Part shown: in pieces, positions 60,634-64,000 of the stretch
Numbering within the stretch: the stretch's first letter is position 1
Layout of the letters: the number at the start of each line of letters is the position of its first letter
Origin: Marinicella sp.
GTDB taxonomy: Bacteria; Pseudomonadota; Gammaproteobacteria; Xanthomonadales; Marinicellaceae
Length of the DNA: 64,000 nt
Assembly: GCA_965230295.1 (NCBI GenBank)
Contig: OZ246001.1
Span: forward strand, 1,408,001 to 1,472,000
Direction of reading: 5' to 3'
Notes under the pieces: generated by a model
The model's input: the letters and a program-made list of their open reading frames with translations, nothing else
Database searches by the model: none
What the model was told of the DNA's origin: nothing
Program-made: the position numbers and the translations under genes

Positions 60634-62340
60634 TCAATCAGTACAGCTTAATCCTGCGTTTTGTGCCAAACGAATCATGGAAAGGCTGCCAGCTGTGTAT
60701 CCCAAGTCACTGTTGGGCACCCAATTAAATTCTGCACTGTTACATCCAGTAACGATGAATTCAAAAGTTCCCCACGGAATGATTTCTACATCGTCTTGAT
60801 TGTAATTGGGAGGAAATTGGGCGTTTCGGGTGATACTCACTGTCAATGTGGCGGTGTTATCAACATAGCTGCCTGCACCCACCAGCCATATTTGATTCCC
60901 TTGGCTGTCATAAGTGTACCAATAAATAACCATTTGGTTGTTGGGCAACACATCGACACTCAAGCCATGACCGTTTTGTTCTGCGTTGTACCACAAACCC
61001 GAGTGGTGGGCTTCGATTTGGGTGGTTTGCTGTAAATTGGGCTTCACAATGAATACCCCCCTGTTAACATCAGAAATCATCACCATGCCATTATCAAAAA
61101 ATGGATAAACATTCCATGCACCACCAAAATTTGAAGTGTGATCAGGGTCTGGGTAACTGTCGAAGTAGGCCACTTCGGTTAACTCAGCTTGAGACAAGTC
61201 ACCTAACTTCAGTATCCGCAATCCACGGGTATAGTTGGCTTGATAAGTGTGTCCGTTAACAATGTACTGATTATGATCTATGGCCGCACCTTCGGCATTG
61301 TGCGATCCAGTTACTGTGGGGGCATCCAAATCAGTCATGTCCATCACATAGGTGCGGGTAAAATCAGGCGTTCCATTACCCCTTTCCAACTCATCCAATT
61401 CATCATCAATCAAGAAATACTTCTGGTCGGCTGTTAGCCACCCTTGGTGGGTATACTGTTGTCCTGTATAACCAGTTTTACTGATCATTTGAGGCGACCT
61501 TTTATCAGTCACATCAACGATGGTCACAGTATCCTCATTACTGGCAAAACACAGCTCTTTGCCACGATGTTCAACATCCGGGCCGGAATATATTAAACAC
61601 TGGGCATCATGGGTATAACCATCTTCACTGTAGCAACTAGAATAAACCGGCCGAGAAGGGTTTTGTAGGTTCACCATATGTAAACCTCCACTGCAGCTAT
61701 TTCCACCACCAACCAGAAAAGCATAGCCAGAATCTTCATTGATGACAATATTGTGTGCTGATATAAAGCCACCCTGCCAATACATGTAATCAGGTTCGAA
61801 TGTAGCGGGCGCATTTTGCACATTGAGCAATTGTGTTAAATTAAAAACCTGCATCCCGTGACGGATGTCATCTGCCACAATGTAGGCATAATCCTGATAT
61901 GTTTTGATGTCCCGCCAAGCACTGCTCAAATTATCTGTACTGGGTAGGTTTCCTAAATAAACAGGGTTTTCTGGGTCTGTGATTTCAACAAAAGAAGTCC
62001 CATTTGAGCGTCCCACCAAAGCAAAATACCGACCACTGACTTCATGCTTCCAGCCCCAGCTATCTGATCCTTGGCCGCCACCAATCTGACTCAGGTCAAG
62101 GTGGCCAAGCAAATCTATATTTTCACACTCAAATACATCAGCCATACCATCAATACAAACTTGCTTGCCTTTGTATTTATATCCTTTATAGGGCTGGCTG
62201 TGAGCTTGATGCATCATGGCAACAAAATCCCAATCAGGGTATTTTTTATTCAATTTGGCTGATTGTGTGGGTGTGTGACAACCCCAAGCTGATAGGTTGA
62301 TTGTCATTGCAATTCCAATTGCTATTAGAAATTTTCTCAT
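60634..62340 (-). CDS. Choice-of-anchor B family (LVIVD-like propeller) protein with one GxWYN..GHG domain
   Basis: C..G.A..F.C.NIDLL, SDSWGW, WRDIK, YTHDAQC, YTHQGWLT and GAWNVYPF motifs. Confidence 0.85.
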   Translation of the reverse strand: MRKFLIAIGIAMTINLSAWGCHTPTQSAKLNKKYPDWDFVAMMHQAHSQPYKGYKYKGKQVCIDGMADVFECENIDLLGHLDLSQIGGGQGSDSWGWKHEVSGRYFALVGRSNGTSFVEITDPENPVYLGNLPSTDNLSSAWRDIKTYQDYAYIVADDIRHGMQVFNLTQLLNVQNAPATFEPDYMYWQGGFISAHNIVINEDSGYAFLVGGGNSCSGGLHMVNLQNPSRPVYSSCYSEDGYTHDAQCLIYSGPDVEHRGKELCFASNEDTVTIVDVTDKRSPQMISKTGYTGQQYTHQGWLTADQKYFLIDDELDELERGNGTPDFTRTYVMDMTDLDAPTVTGSHNAEGAAIDHNQYIVNGHTYQANYTRGLRILKLGDLSQAELTEVAYFDSYPDPDHTSNFGGAWNVYPFFDNGMVMISDVNRGVFIVKPNLQQTTQIEAHHSGLWYNAEQNGHGLSVDVLPNNQMVIYWYTYDSQGNQIWLVGAGSYVDNTATLTVSITRNAQFPPNYNQDDVEIIPWGTFEFIVTGCNSAEFNWVPNSDLGYTAGSLSMIRLAQNAGLSCTD

Positions 62341-62662
62341 TCTTAACGTTTCCTATTTTGTGTTTGATTTTTATTGTAGTGGATTCGCAGGGATATTCAC
62401 AGTGCCTATTAAAAGTTTCGTTGATAAAAACATTGTTCATTTTTCTGTATTTTATCATCCAGTATTGAACATTTTGCTTGTGTCTTAATGACCTGTATTA
62501 TTTTGGGTGTGGTAAGCCTGCCTTCCAAAAGCAAGCCATCGCTGAAAACAAGCCATTCGCTTAGTCTATTTTGTGCCTTGATGGAATCTGGCCTGTACCG
62601 ATTCATCATGATATTTTTGCTCATTCTTGGCACATCAATCAGAAAAATCGATCACAAGTCTG

Positions 62663-62876
62663 TTATCCACAACGTCTGTGGATAACTTTGTTGATAACCT
62701 GTAATTTAGACCCCTTTTGGGTTGATGTGTAGACATTCGTTTCACTTTGGTTAAATTTTAACCAAAGTTAGTTTGACCTTAAATATCAATAAGTTATGAG
62801 GATTTTCAAAAGTTAGAAATTAACGATTATGACTAAATTCTTGTTTTATGACCACCAGATGACCAAATGTGTATAA
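62663..62876. promoter_or_regulatory. DnaA-box cluster with Fis- and IHF-like sites (DARS-like)
   Basis: TTATCCACA-5-TGTGGATAA-3-TGTTGATAA; GGTTAAATTTTAACC; TATCAATAAGTTA; TGTGTATAA. Confidence 0.75.
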
Positions 62877-62934
62877 ATTAAAAAAATCAAGACTTATTTT
62901 GATTTTTTTTTGGTTGAGGGCCAGAAATTTGAGA

Positions 62935-63855
62935 TTATTCGCTGTAGGCCTCAGCAGTGGCGTCATGCGGGTGCAATGATTCATGGTGAGTTACCCGTAA
63001 ATGGAATTGAGTCACTGCAGGTTCTTTGCTCAGTGTTTGCTTGATTCGGCGTGCCGCATCTTCACAAAACATCAAATTTTGGCCATTTCGAAGCGCAAAT
63101 GCTTGTTCATCAGCCCTTTTAACTGCAGCTTGAACGGCTGTCTGTAATGAATTTTCAACCAAGTCAATCATCTTTCTAAGCGGCACCTGTATTTGATCAT
63201 TGCTTAACTTGATTTTGATCACCGCAGAACTTCTTTGGCTGTGAGGCGTGGCATTGATGCCTTGTTCAGATCCCAACCAAGCCACCACGGCCTCATAATC
63301 CATATTTTCTTGATCAAAGTTTTGTTTAAAATTCTCTTGGATCAGTTGTCTGGCCAATGCAGCAGAACATGGACAGGTGCTGGAATAGGTCACTTGGAAA
63401 CTGAGGTATTTACTCAAACCCGTTTTCTTGCACTGCACAACTGACAGTTTGATGGGGTAGGAGCGCCAGCCAGAATTGTTACTGACCAATGCGGGCCTGC
63501 GTAACAAGGCTTCTGCTTCCACTTCAATCAGTGCATTTTGGCTGATGTCTTTGTGCGACTCTAAAAAATTCAAAGTCAAATTTTGTAACTGATCATAGTC
63601 AACGGAATTTGAGCTGAACAATTGATCACATGCCAGGTACAACCGGGACATGTGAATGCCTTTGGTGACTTCATCATCCAAAGAGACTTCAGCCCGAACC
63701 CTGGCAACTGTGGCAGGCACCTCAATGTCCGCTGAAAGACTCAGCGGCATTTCGATATCACTCATGCCGACCCATTGCAACTGTCCACCAATCTTGGCTT
63801 TTTCTTCAGCGGCAATGTCTGGCAAGGTACAGGATTGGTTGGTGGAATCTAACAC
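62935..63855 (-). CDS. folE2: GTP cyclohydrolase IB
   Basis: LPDIA, KGIHMSRL, YSSTCPCS, ATPHSQRS, NLMFCEDAAR and ESLHPHDA motifs. Confidence 0.93.
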   Translation of the reverse strand: MLDSTNQSCTLPDIAAEEKAKIGGQLQWVGMSDIEMPLSLSADIEVPATVARVRAEVSLDDEVTKGIHMSRLYLACDQLFSSNSVDYDQLQNLTLNFLESHKDISQNALIEVEAEALLRRPALVSNNSGWRSYPIKLSVVQCKKTGLSKYLSFQVTYSSTCPCSAALARQLIQENFKQNFDQENMDYEAVVAWLGSEQGINATPHSQRSSAVIKIKLSNDQIQVPLRKMIDLVENSLQTAVQAAVKRADEQAFALRNGQNLMFCEDAARRIKQTLSKEPAVTQFHLRVTHHESLHPHDATAEAYSE

Positions 63856-64000
63856 TGGAATTGACTATGGATAAGTTGCATTGATAATGAGGGCTATCAT
63901 ATCAAATTCAAGTAGGCAGGGGTTGCTTTAGCTGGTTTTTTTCTGCATCAGTCTTGATTTCAGGTATTCAAAGGTCCTTAAGGCGATTGTGTCGGAAAGC

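Noticed and set aside
62663-62876. oriC
   Set aside because: No dnaA/gidA/rpmH-type neighbours and no evident DUE repeats; the box geometry fits DARS better. A GC-skew check is needed to exclude it fully.
259-63874. Numerous 60-180 aa ORFs antisense to or nested within long genes
   Set aside because: Shadow ORFs with no recognisable motifs, overlapping well-supported CDSs.

Overview
Gene-dense, moderately AT-rich bacterial chromosomal window. The gene content and the repeated C-terminal D/P-x-I-F-x-N-G-F-E tails suggest a marine Gammaproteobacterium of the Marinicella/Xanthomonadales-like type; this is inference only. The left 18 kb is mostly secreted or surface proteins: a CLCA-like metalloprotease-vWA protein truncated by the window edge, a phage-tail-collar-tipped secreted protein, an ASST, an Ig-repeat protein and a GEVED/LamG protein. 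The middle holds several membrane-anchored one-component regulators with divergent targets (TM-AraC, two CadC/ToxR-like proteins, one of them facing mddA), plus BlaI/BlaR1-like and WYL regulators. Next come a hydroxyproline catabolic cluster, iorAB-like molybdoenzyme genes, a MarR/decarboxylase/GNAT locus, a Fur-boxed heme uptake locus with a DUF6607-like gene, two large secreted propeller proteins and folE2. Non-coding highlights: (i) three mosaic copies of a branched, covarying structured intergenic repeat (18.2, 25.0 and 49.7 kb); (ii) a 267-bp TA-flanked MITE that inactivates a secreted-protein gene; (iii) a DnaA-box/Fis/IHF cluster with DARS core geometry at 62.66-62.88 kb; (iv) several readable operators. 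No rRNA, tRNA, CRISPR array or transposase was seen. All family calls come from motif recognition by eye, not database searches.
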